A stretch of 64,000 nt of DNA from Eledone cirrhosa (GCA_964016885.1 OZ024741.1:174220001-174284000), one strand, 5' to 3'. Positions 12,801 through 24,453 are shown, numbered from the stretch's first letter. Notes: generated by a model from the sequence alone, not told the origin. A program made the numbers and translations.

Positions 12801-14409
12801 AGGCATCATCTTCAGGTTGATTATGAAAATTTGATGAAAGCTATTGTTTTGCTCAATATTGAGCAACTGCTTAAAGTTCATTTCAAATGTTTCACAGTTT
12901 TCAATTTGCCAATTCCTGATGAAGAAATGCGGCAACGTGTCTTAGCATTGAACATGAGATTGCAGCTTAGACGGTTGCCACTCGATCGGAGGGAACTATT
13001 CCAGTTTGATCCACTGGAACAGCAACGTATTGTGATGAACGTATGCCAATGTTGACCCAATCGCAGAGAGAATTGGTCGATGGCGTTCTCCACTCGATTT
13101 CCACTAATGAGCAGCTTTGTGCTTTCATAGATGCTCCAGGAGGCACCGGAAAGACATTCTGTTTCAACACTATGTTATCGGCAGTCAGAGCTCAGAGGAA
13201 GATTGCTCTCTCTGTGGCCACCAGTGGGATCGCTGCCACTTTCTGAGTGGTGGAAGGACCTTCCACTCATGTTTCAAAGCTCCATTGAGTCCGGATGAGT
13301 TGAGTGTCTGTAACATTACAGAACAAAGTGAACTCGCGGCAATAAGTCTCTGATTATTTGGGACGAGGCTCCAATGGCACACAGATATTTGCTGGAGGCG
13401 TTGGACAGAACTTTGAGAGATATCTGCTGTAGTGACCTGCCATTCGGTGGTAAGACTATCGTTCTTGGTGGCGATTTCAGACAGGTGCTACCAATTGTTA
13501 GGAATGCTCAAAGAGCGCAAATTGTCAATGAAAAAGTCCCCGTTGTGGTGCCATTTCAGAGTTTTGCGATTACACGATAATATGCGACTTCGTATGTTCG
13601 GGCAAAACGAAGAGGCTGAGACATACGGCCGATGGTTGATGCAGTTGGGAAACGATGAATTGCCACACGTTGGTGATAATCAGACTGTAAGAATCCCAGA
13701 CCATTTTGTCATGCCACTGGACCGCCAAGCATTGATTGACTGGGTGTTCCCTAATGTGAATGCTTTTTGGCAGAATATCTCCTGGATATTGGAACGCGTT
13801 ATTCTAACTCATACGAATGCAACGGTCGATGAAATAATTTCACAAGTAGCCGGAATGTTTCCTGGAGAAGAATGGTTGACCTTTAGTGCGGATGCAATGG
13901 AGCCTAATCAGCAGAACAATATGGATGTTCCTACTGAGTATCTGAATTCACTTCAAATACCCGGATTTCCACCACACATTTTGAGGTTGAAAATGGGTAT
14001 GCCGATTATATTGCTTAGAAATATCAATCATAAAATGGGTCTTTGCAATGGTACCAGATTGATTGTTGAGAGATTGATTAACGGAAGAGTTTTAGAAGCT
14101 AAACTCACAGGCAGAGAGGAATCGGTTCTCATTCCAAGGATCATGCTGAGACCAAGTGAAGTTATGCTGCCATTCATTTGGCAAAGGAGACAGTTTCCCA
14201 TCAATTTGGCCTTCTCCATGACTGTCAACAAGGCACAGGGACAGACTTTCAAGTGAGTCGGTGTCTACTTGAATGATTCAGCATTCAGGTATGGGCAACT
14301 GTATGTCGCTGCATCTTGAGTGTGCGATCCTGATGATATAAAATTTGCAATTGATACCACTAACAGAGGAACAACCCTGAATATTGTCTATAATGAAGCT
14401 TTGAGCTGA
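9880..14409 (+). pseudogene. Helitron Rep/PIF1-helicase (RepHel) pseudogene
   Basis: Fragments in colinear order: 24-aa Arg/Glu repeats, CPHC zinc motif, PDLFIMVTCNP, VIEFHKRGLPHAHLLI (HUH), YLFKYVYKG, DAPGGTGKT, WDEAPM, GGDFRQ, MTVNKAQGQT. Many stops and frameshifts. Confidence 0.92.
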
Positions 14410-14854
14410 TGTATGCATATCTTTAATGCTATCAATAAGCGACGTAAATGATTCGGACATTGGAGTCCTTTGATCAGTATTGTGAGCTTTGACAGAGTTA
14501 TCATTTCTGTTCAATGTCATTTATTGTCGATAATGAGCAATAAAAACCAACAAGTATTGGTAGAAATTGCCTTCAAATGTATCGCTTCTGATAGCGGTGA
14601 TAATAAAACCTCATCATATGCTGAGTCTGGCAAAAAGTTTGGTGTCTATGGCCGGCCAGGGCTAGAGTAATATTGAAAAACGATTCTATTTTCGAAGTAG
14701 AAGGATCCGCCATTTGAAGTTCAAACCAGGCCACCTCCTCGAGTTGAACTCCGGGCAATATTGACTGTCTATTACTCAGTGGCTAAGAGCCTGGAAATTA
14801 CTGAATACATTTTTGTGTCATATAATTTGTTGTTTTATTATTATAGCTGACCAC

Positions 14855-15045
14855 GGGTGGTAGATTGACAGTATCGGTGGAGAGTCGGACGCCATGCTTT
14901 CCAGCATAGTTACGTCCCTTTACGATCTGAGTTCAAATCCCACCGAGGTTGACTTTGCCTTTCATCCTTACGGGGTCGATAAAATAAAGTACCTGTAATG
15001 CACTGGGTAATTGCTGGCCTTGTGTCTAAAGTAGAAACAATTATT
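14855..15045 (+). mobile_element. tRNA-derived SINE inserted in the Helitron 3' region
   Basis: Same family as 8208-8393. Confidence 0.75.
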
Positions 15046-18000
15046 ATAGCTGACCACTTATAGATAAGCATGTTATCCATATCCATATCAATTTGGCATT
15101 TGATTAAACCATTTCAAGTAGATAGGGACCTTTTTTACATTGACGGACATCTTTTATATTAATTATCTATATCTACATATAATATAAAAGATTGGAACTT
15201 CCATCATCCTTTTGAGAAACGTGGAACAACCACGTCTATGCAATGATACACGTTTTACAGTCAGCCAGAAGATGAACCATCTCCTAGAGGTCACTATTCT
15301 AGGTGGGAGCACCTAGAATTGTTCATATACTATGCACAAACGCTACAACGAAGAATCTGGTATATCTGGAAGATTCTTTTACTGTTTTTACTGTTTTTAC
15401 TGTTTTTTGTATCACACAGACACCACGGACTCGCCTCATACTGTAACCAGACAAACATCCAATACAGTCATTTTCTCTTTTACCTGTCTTCTCTTAACAT
15501 CTGTTTACCCGGGCGAAGCTGGGTACGTCAGCTAGTACATATAATTTTATTCATGCATTTCTTATACTGTGATGTAATTGTTTTTGTTTTTATTGGGTTA
15601 TTTTGTTGGTGTTTCGTTATGCTTTTTTTTTTTTTGTTTTTTCACGTCATTTAGTAATTAAAACATTCAAAAGTAATCTATTATTTACATTTTATTGTTT
15701 TAATTTTTAACTTCTTTTAGCTTACTGAAGTGCATTTTTCAGTATGTAATTTTATCTGAAATAAAAACCCTTAAGCATTACAAAGATCTTTCTGTAATCA
15801 TGAAGAAAATCAGATTTGAAATGGAAACAAGAGATGAGGAAATAAAATATATATTTTTTTAATCTCTGTTGTAATTTGGTTAAATTCTTTATGAATCTAG
15901 GCAATATTGGGTGCTCGCTGCTTCTATAAAACCTCCTCTATATGATGTAAGAATATTACTGTGTAATATTCATACAATTCCAGATTATAATTATTTCATC
16001 TAGACCATGGATGTATGTTTGCGTGCACACATGTGTGTTTATGTGTGTGTGTGTGAATATGTATATACTTAGGCCTGCTAGTACAACCGTGGTGCAACTT
16101 CACTTCTTTTAAACTCATTTATATAATCTCATCATCATCATCATCACCGTTTAACATCGCATGAGGGGGTGAATTTTATTTGTAGATGTAAAATGTTGAC
16201 TTTCAACCATTATCTTCTGAATTTAAATGATTTAATCAGTGTTTTGGAATAAAGGAGAATTATTTAAAAATCCATGAATGAACATTTGAAAGAATCCTCT
16301 CCCTTAGAAACTATGACAACACACTCCTTTGTGCTAAAGGTGTATTCAAGAATATCAAACGAACCAAAGAGATTCAGGTGTATTATATAACTAGGTTATT
16401 TATCAATATATTATTTATAGAGATTTTATTTTTATAGAAGAGGTCAATATATTTGATCACCAATAAGAAGTTAATCATGACATTTAAACTCACAATGAAA
16501 GAAAATAACTGTATACACTCATAAGTCTCTTTATTGTACCTCCCTTTTACAAAAGATATTTACAATATACTATATATTTTGAATTGAGGCTTTGTAGATT
16601 AGGTAGGTAAGTTGCATTCTGTATTTATGCATCATATCTTCATAGAAAAAGGCACAACTTATATGTGAGTGTATATATGTATGTATGTATATATAAACAC
16701 ACATATCTCACTGTAAATGAGGTTGGCATTAGGAAGGTCATCCAGCTGTAGAAACCTAGCCAAAATCAGTTCTGTATGAGCAAGACAAGGTCACCTGACC
16801 TAGCATTGCCCACAACAGGACAACTCATCTAACCCATACTAGCGTGAAAAAATGTACGTAAAATGGTGATGATGGTATTGATGATGATGATGATATATAT
16901 AAGGTGTGTCAGAGAAGTAACAGGACTTTGTGTTCTGTGTGAGCTATGAGTTTGGTAAGAATTAGTGGGTTGTGTTACTATGAGCTGTAATATCAGGGGA
17001 ATATATAACTGTGATCACAGCTCTCTGCAGCCATTGTATGTTTTTTTTCATGTGCTTTTGCTGACAGCTCCTCAATTTTAGGCCATCGAGCGATGGGCAC
17101 AGAGCAACGAACGAGCCTGAAGCTATGGTGAAAGACACTTGCCCAAGATGCCAGATGATTGAACCATAACCTGAAACCTCATGATTGGGAAGCAAACCTC
17201 TTAACCATTTGCTCGTGGTGCATCCCTAAGTCTAAAACTTGCTGTGAGTAACAAAAGGAATTGTCTTTGACTCAATAACTGATTAAACAGGGAATTTTCT
17301 TTGTCTTTGAAAATGTCCAACATTTGTCAAATTAGTTTACATCAAAAACTGCAACAATATTTTTGTTAATTCAATTTCCATCCACAGAATTTATCTGGCT
17401 GCATGAAAAAACAATTGATAAAGAACAGCTTAACAATTATTCTGGTAGTTAGCTTTCTTCTATGGATGAGCACATTTTTTAATCATGTTTTATAAAACAG
17501 AATGCTCCACAATTCTGTGTTATATCTTTTGCATTATTGACAATGTTAGACTTAATCTTTATGATTTATTGATAATTTTCTTTGTCTTTAAAGCTTATAT
17601 ATAATGATGCCAGCTAGTGAAACATTTTTATTAGTTTTATCTGTAAGTCTTCAGTCAGCCTCTATTATGAATATTATGTATATTTTACAGAACTAATTAC
17701 ATGGCAGATTTTATGGGCAAAGCCAACTGGCATGGAACCCAAAAGTAGACCATGAGCAAGATGATTAGATAATATCCACAAGCTCGGCTGGTCTTGTTTG
17801 GAGATCCAGCTGGATCATTTGGAGAAGGTTGCTTCTGACAGGAGCCTGCAGAATGCATGTTGGAAGAACTCTGCTCAAAAAACTAAGATGGTTGGATAAC
17901 ATCCATGAGCTTGGCTGATCTCACTTGATCAGTTGGAGATGGTTGCTTCTGACAGGACCTGCTGGAAGGAGTGTTTAAGGACTCTGCCCCATGACCCTCT

Positions 18001-19109
18001 CAGGAAGAAGAAGAAGAGATAAAATATTCCTCACACAATACACTTTGTGCTAAAAACAAGGAAAGACACGTTTAAAATAGCGACATGATGGGTATGATTG
18101 GAACATCTGAACCTAGAGCTAAACAACAACAACAGAAGGTTTTCTCCATTTCTTATTTTGCTAACAATTGCACTTTAAATTATTTTATTATATTAAGTTT
18201 CAAATATAGCAGTTTAACCCTTTTCATACCAACCTTCCCCAAACTGCCTCTTATATTTGCATGAAATATATTTCATTGACTGAACTGTGTGTGTATATAT
18301 ATGGTTGTGAGGATATATATGTTTGTGAATGAATGTGTACCATATATATGTTTGTGTGTTTTTTTTTCTCAAATTTAACATACACATTTTTTTAAATTCT
18401 GAGCAATGCACAAAAGAAAAGTAGCATTTTAAATTAGTGCCATCTCTATCATATTATTATTTAGAAAATAATTTTTCTTTTTTTTCATTGACATTTACAA
18501 GGTAAAGGTAAATGAAATCTATGATGATAGCATTTTCCTACAAATGTGTACAATTGTTGAAGTTTGCAACAAGATTATAAATATGGATAAAGCTTACATA
18601 TATAATTGTGTCAAGACATGATAAGAGAAACTTTATTTTTCCATGCTTAAATGGTGACCAGAGGCATAACTAGGGAAAATAGCATCTGTGGCAAGCAGTG
18701 AAATTGTGTCCCTTCCCAGCACTGTATTTTTACTTATGGGCCTAATGATTTATATAAATGTTTAATGATCCAGCCACCTGGATATATCATATATGATAAT
18801 CAGAGACAGATCATACATCTGAAGTTTCATTTTACATTCTCTGACGAGGCTTATTTGACTTTAATAGAACGTGTTCCAAGTCCAAGTGGCTTCATGTGGT
18901 GCCCATGGCACATGCTATGCTTTCCATACCCTAGTTATGCTTCTAATGATGACCCACGTCTTGCTCATACAGATCTGTATTTCGGCTTGGTTTCTACAGT
19001 TAGATGCCCTTCCTAATGCCAACCATGTTAATGTGACTGATTGCTTTTTCATCCTGTAACCAGGATGGACTGGGTGTTTTTTGTTGTATCACCAGCACTA
19101 CTACCTTAA

Positions 19110-19317
19110 CCCTTTAGCATTTAAACCAGCCGTATCAGAGCAGAATTCTCTCACCTCTTTCTGTTCAAACCGGCCATAACTGACCATTTATGCCGATGTT
19201 TAGGTATTATTCTCAAAATAAATAATACCAAAATCTCATAAATTTGATATTATGTGAGATAAAGCCTTTACTGTGAGAATACAATAGTAATCATAAAGTA
19301 GTGCAAATGCTAAAGGG
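19110..19317. mobile_element. piggyBac-type (TTAA) MITE
   Basis: TTAA|CCCTTTAGCATTT...AAATGCTAAAGGG|TTAA. Related copies occur at 46003, 58115 and 61278. Confidence 0.8.
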
Positions 19318-19744
19318 TTAAAGGGTGGACTGGGTGCTTTTTTCTTGTTTCACCACCACAACCACCTTATGGAATGGACTGGGGGCTTTTGTTGTTGTGG
19401 CACCAGATCACCAGATCAGCATACAGAGTGAACTTAGTGCTGTTTTGTCATACCAACGTCATTGAGTGAGATCAGATGTAGTGTGTGTGACATTTTCATG
19501 CTTATATGCATGAATTGAGCAGGAAAGGTGTATCAAGGGTGAGGGTCTGGGTCAAGTAAGCAAGACGAGACGTGTGGGATATTGAGCTGGTGATGGCAGG
19601 TTATTAAGACTGGGGGAGGGGTAAAGAGGAGATTGGTGCAGACTAGTGTCCTCTCTCTCTCTCTACACACACACATATATATATATATATATACATGCAT
19701 TCATTATCCCTGCTATATTTATGAGTGTGTGTGCATGTATGTAC

Positions 19745-19864
19745 CAGATTGCTGAAGCTCACAGAGGGGATGACGAAGGACCATAACGAATGGAGAGATG
19801 CTGTGCTGAATAGAATCCGTCCCACCCTTGCAAGCAGGGAAAAGCGGACGTAAAATGATGATGA
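19745..19864 (-). mobile_element. RTE LINE 3' end fragment
   Basis: Matches the 3' end and (TGA)n tail of the RTE copies at 34537 and 49840; read in the opposite orientation to those copies. Another short copy lies at 20783-20865. Confidence 0.6.
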
Positions 19865-19921
19865 ATATGATATATACATATATATATATAAATATATATA
19901 TATACATATACATATATATAA

Positions 19922-19954
<33 letters not shown>

Positions 19955-19959
19955 CATAT

Positions 19960-20745
19960 ATCAACTAGAAATTGATTGACATATATATATATCTAAAATA
20001 AACATATGAAACAATCACAAATTATTCCCTGTGATTGTTTCATATGTTTATTTTAGATATATATATATGTCAATCAATTTCTAGTTGATGTAAAATGCTC
20101 GGATCTATTCATTGGAATCTTGGAGCATATTCTACAGTGGATATGGCGCATGTCTCTCTGACATGACACCTTTAATTTAATTTTGGATATATATACAGCC
20201 CCTTAATTGTAGAGCTAACTCAGTTGAAAGGACTCGGCTGCTATTCCTAATTGTCGATAATCCTATTCACGCCACTGGGATGAAGCTGATATGATGTGAG
20301 TATTTTTAAAAAATGCAACACGTACTGCTAGTCATTCACAGATTTGGATTTGCTGTGTAATCACAGATAGTTAAATCTTCTCCCTTGTTGAAAATCCAGG
20401 ATTTGACTACTGTGGTTTACCAATCGATTGATGGTGAAATATATTTCTTTAATGAAATATATACAAGGAAGATTAATCAATTTAAAAGGTATCTATATTT
20501 AAAGTTCTAGCTAAACTTTAATTAGTTACCTACCTAGCTATGTGTGCTTACACACTTTTACAAATTATTCCCTGTGATTGTTTCATATGTTTATTTTTTA
20601 TATATATATATATATATATGTCAATCAATTTCTAGTTGATATAAAATGCTTGGATCTATTCATTGGAATCTTGGAGCATATTCTACAGTGGATATGGCGC
20701 ATGTCTCTCTGACATGACACCCTTAATTTAATTTTGGATATATAT
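19960..20745. repeat. Hairpin plus partial tandem duplication, Penelope pseudo-LTR-like
   Basis: Inverted repeat 19960-20088 with a 12-nt spacer. Bases 20018-20195 are repeated at 20561-20745 (offset 543). Flanked by (TA)n. Confidence 0.6.
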
Positions 20746-21279
20746 ACATATATATATATATATAAATATATATACATATATGACAAGTGGAGAGATGCTG
20801 TGCTGAATAAGACCCGTCCCACCCTTGCAAGCAGGGAAAAGCGGACGTAAAATGATGATGATGATAAATATATAAATATATATACATATATATAGATATA
20901 GATATACATATATATAGATATATATATACATATATATATATACATATATATAAATATATATATATATACATATATATAAATATATATATATATACATATA
21001 TATAAATATATATATATATATATAAATATATATATACATATATATAAATATATATATACATATAAATATATATATAAGTATGTATGTGTACATACATATA
21101 TGTATACAGACGTACAGTAGTATGTATATATATATACATACATGCACACATATATATATATATGTACGTATGGATTCACCGAACATTTATTTTTAATGCT
21201 CAGTGTGTTTGTAAACAAACATCCCGTATTAAGCCGTAGTGTCTAGCAGCCATCATTGCTCATTTGTTCAACACTGACA

Positions 21280-21334
21280 AAGGAACGCTGTACTAGTTTC
21301 AAGCTTATTAGCTATCGTCAGCAACGTATACCTT
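21280..21334 (-). ncRNA. Type I hammerhead ribozyme (family B), minus-strand copy
   Basis: Exact reverse complement of 21670-21724. Confidence 0.8.
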
Positions 21335-21669
21335 CCTGCCAGATGATTGAACGTCTGAAAGTATATACTTTCCTTATGCATATTAACGGCTGAGCAGCCT
21401 AATTTGCATATCGAGTGAGTTAATTGGCCGGGCGCACCGAAAACGATAAACGGAAAAGATGAAACAAAATTTCATTTCTCACTCTTAGTACGGCTGTTAC
21501 TTAAATATAAGTATGTATACGTACATACATATATGTATACAGATGTACAGTAGTATGTATATATATATATATACATACATGCACACATATATATATATAT
21601 GTACGTATGGATTCACGTTAATATGCATAAGGAAAGTATATACTTTCAGACATTCAATCATCTGGCAGG

Positions 21670-21724
21670 AAGGTATACGTTGCTGACGATAGCTAATAAG
21701 CTTGAAACTAGTACAGCGTTCCTT
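21670..21724 (+). ncRNA. Type I hammerhead ribozyme (family B)
   Basis: aagg-TAT-acgttg CTGACGA t-agct-aata-agct-t GAAA cta GTA cagcgt-t-cctt. Stems I and II pair, stem III is the palindrome ACTAGT, and cleavage is predicted after 21713. Confidence 0.82.
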
Positions 21725-22343
21725 TGTCAGTGTTGAACAAATGAGCAACGATGGTTGCTAGACACTGTATGGTTTAATTTGGGATGTTTGTTTACAAACA
21801 CACCGAGCATTATAATAAATGTTCGGTGAATCCATACGTACATATATATATATATGTATGCATGTATGTATATATATATACATACTACTGTAGTCTATAT
21901 ACATATATGTATGTACCTATACATACTTATATTTAAGTAACAGCCGTACTAAGAGTGAGAAATGAAATTTTGTTTCATCTTTTCCGTTTATATATATATA
22001 CATATATATAAATATATATATACATATATATACATATAAATACATACATATATAAATACATACATATATATAAATACATACATATATATATAAAAATATA
22101 TATATATATTGGAATAAATGCTCTGGAATAGCGATATATATGTGAATATAGACATAGAATATGGTCTTCAAAATGTTTATTATAAACATACAGAATATTT
22201 TCGAATATTCTATGTCTATATTCACATATATATCGCTATTCCAGAGCATTTATTCCAATTTCTAATTTCTGCCGGACCGGCAACCGCTCTTTCAAACCAG
22301 TTCCTGTACACAGCTAAGTATTCTATAAGTCTCTAGCTGTGTC

Positions 22344-22432
22344 ATTCTCGATAAAAGCACTGGATATGTAGTCCTGATGATTTCTAACAAGAATGAAACG
22401 CGTAGATTACTTCCCTTGCTTTTATCGAGAAT
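22344..22432 (+). ncRNA. Type I hammerhead ribozyme (family A), copy 1
   Basis: gga-TAT-gtagtc CTGATGA t-ttct-aaca-agaa-t GAAA cgc GTA gattac-t-tcc. Stem I is extended by a 16-bp helix (22344-22359/22417-22432), stem III is the palindrome ACGCGT, and cleavage is predicted after 22404. Confidence 0.88.
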
Positions 22433-22653
22433 CTAATTGTAATACGTGACGTATTCTATTCTATAGCGATTAGGTCTTCAAAATGTTTATTATAAACATA
22501 CAGAATATTTTCGAATATTCTATGTCTATATTCACATATATATCGCTATTCCAGAGCATTTATTCCAATTTCTAATTTCTGCCGGACCGGCAACCGCTCT
22601 TTCAAACCAGTTCCTGTACACAGCTAAGTATTCTATAAGTCTCTAGCTGTGTC

Positions 22654-22742
22654 ATTCTCGATAAAAGCACTGGATATGTAGTCCTGATGATTTCTAACAA
22701 GAATGAAACGCGTAGATTACTTCCCTTGCTTTTATCGAGAAT
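22654..22742 (+). ncRNA. Type I hammerhead ribozyme (family A), copy 2
   Basis: Same as copy 1, offset +310; predicted cleavage after 22714. Confidence 0.88.
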
Positions 22743-22963
22743 CTAATTGTAATACGTGACGTATTCTATTCTATAGCGATTAGGTCTTCAAAATGTTTAT
22801 TATAAACATACAGAATATTTTCGAATATTCTATGTCTATATTCACATATATATCGCTATTCCAGAGCATTTATTCCAATTTCTAATTTCTGCCGGACCGG
22901 CAACCGCTCTTTCAAACCAGTTCCTGTACACAGCTAAGTATTCTATAAGTCTCTAGCTGTGTC

Positions 22964-23052
22964 ATTCTCGATAAAAGCACTGGATATGTAGTCCTGATGA
23001 TTTCTAACAAGAATGAAACGCGTAGATTACTTCCCTTGCTTTTATCGAGAAT
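22964..23052 (+). ncRNA. Type I hammerhead ribozyme (family A), copy 3
   Basis: Same as copy 1, offset +620; predicted cleavage after 23024. Confidence 0.88.
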
Positions 23053-23273
23053 CTAATTGTAATACGTGACGTATTCTATTCTATAGCGATTAGGTCTTCA
23101 AAATGTTTATTATAAACATACAGAATATTTTCGAATATTCTATGTCTATATTCACATATATATCGCTATTCCAGAGCATTTATTCCAATTTCTAATTTCT
23201 GCCGGACCGGCAACCGCTCTTTCAAACCAGTTCCTGTACACAGCTAAGTATTCTATAAGTCTCTAGCTGTGTC

Positions 23274-23362
23274 ATTCTCGATAAAAGCACTGGATATGTA
23301 GTCCTGATGATTTCTAACAAGAATGAAACGCGTAGATTACTTCCCTTGCTTTTATCGAGAAT
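23274..23362 (+). ncRNA. Type I hammerhead ribozyme (family A), copy 4
   Basis: Same as copy 1, offset +930; predicted cleavage after 23334. Confidence 0.88.
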
Positions 23363-23583
23363 CTAATTGTAATACGTGACGTATTCTATTCTATAGCGAT
23401 TAGGTCTTCAAAATGTTTATTATAAACATACAGAATATTTTCGAATATTCTATGTCTATATTCACATATATATCGCTATTCCAGAGCATTTATTCCAATT
23501 TCTAATTTCTGCCGGACCGGCAACCGCTCTTTCAAACCAGTTCCTGTACACAGCTAAGTATTCTATAAGTCTCTAGCTGTGTC

Positions 23584-23672
23584 ATTCTCGATAAAAGCAC
23601 TGGATATGTAGTCCTGATGATTTCTAACAAGAATGAAACGCGTAGATTACTTCCCTTGCTTTTATCGAGAAT
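23584..23672 (+). ncRNA. Type I hammerhead ribozyme (family A), copy 5
   Basis: Same as copy 1, offset +1240; predicted cleavage after 23644. Confidence 0.88.
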
Positions 23673-24453
23673 CTAATTGTAATACGTGACGTATTCTATT
23701 CTATAGCGATTAGGTCTTCAAAATGTTTATTATAAACATACAGAATATTTTCGAATATTCTATGTCTATATTCATATATATATATATATATAAATTACAT
23801 CCACCATAAACTTCATAGAAACTGCTTTTCATACACAAGCATCTCTGCCTGCTTAATATGCTTTTATACCTATATTGTATTATGTGATACCTTTGCCATA
23901 TTGTAATATATATGCTTAGTACCATTGTTTGTTTCTTACCTGGTTATTCTGTGCATGCCTAACACATCTGCACTCTTTCTATATGCTTGCATATGTATTG
24001 TTAATGTCCTCGTTTTGCGAGTAACTTTCTTCTTTAATTCCTCTATAATAGTTTGTATTATTTTTTTATAATCTTTGTCGCATCCACTGATACTGACCAC
24101 ATCATCTTCACTCTTTAAATATGACACTGTTAATGACAACACTAACATCTATGTATCTTTACGATTGTTCTGTGGAATAGGAGGTTAATTATATATCTAA
24201 ATTTTGCTAGTGCTCCGATGATTCCAAACGAAAGTTTGGAAGAAACGATTGTCAGCAATAAAATGTTTTGAACGTAGTTTTAGTTTTGATTATTCTGTAA
24301 TTTATATTCCGGCTCTGTAAAACATCTGATGTATTTACATTGAGCTATTTTTCTTACTGGCAATAAGGTAGTAATGAATTACTGACCTTTCCTGTTTGTA
24401 TATATAACTATAAATAATATTATTATTATATATATATATATATATATATATAT

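Larger units (their letters stand above)
9040..15535 (+). mobile_element. Decayed autonomous Helitron
   Basis: A|TCTATATATT 5' end at 9040, Rep-helicase remnants inside, 3' hairpin tacccg-N8-tgggta (15506-15525) and CTAG|T (15532-15536). The 3' end may belong to a nested short element starting near 15166. Confidence 0.8.
21075..21990. mobile_element. Penelope-like pseudo-LTR remnant with nested inverted repeats
   Basis: ~21075-21387 is inverted at ~21616-21930, and ~21447-21616 is inverted at ~21827-21990. Embedded in (TA)n and carries a hammerhead motif on each strand. Confidence 0.7.
22163..23774 (+). repeat. Tandem array of 5.2 x 310-bp units (retrozyme-like), preceded by an inverted partial unit at 22109-22161
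   Basis: Units start at 22163, 22473, 22783, 23093, 23403 and 23713. No differences between units were seen by eye. No ORF. Confidence 0.95.

Noticed and set aside
15901-16380. Possible plus-strand micro-exons (e.g. QYWVLAASIKPPLYD|gtaaga)
   Set aside because: Could not be chained into a consistent frame and no homology was recognised.
20120-20165. Possible hammerhead on the minus strand (gagac-atgc-gcc ... ctgtaga)
   Set aside because: Core bases deviate at several invariant positions and the stems do not assemble in a valid order.
22163-23774. Array as tRNA/5S/snRNA gene cluster or coding repeat
   Set aside because: No cloverleaf or 5S/snRNA similarity was recognised and there is no ORF; the hammerhead explains the conserved structure.
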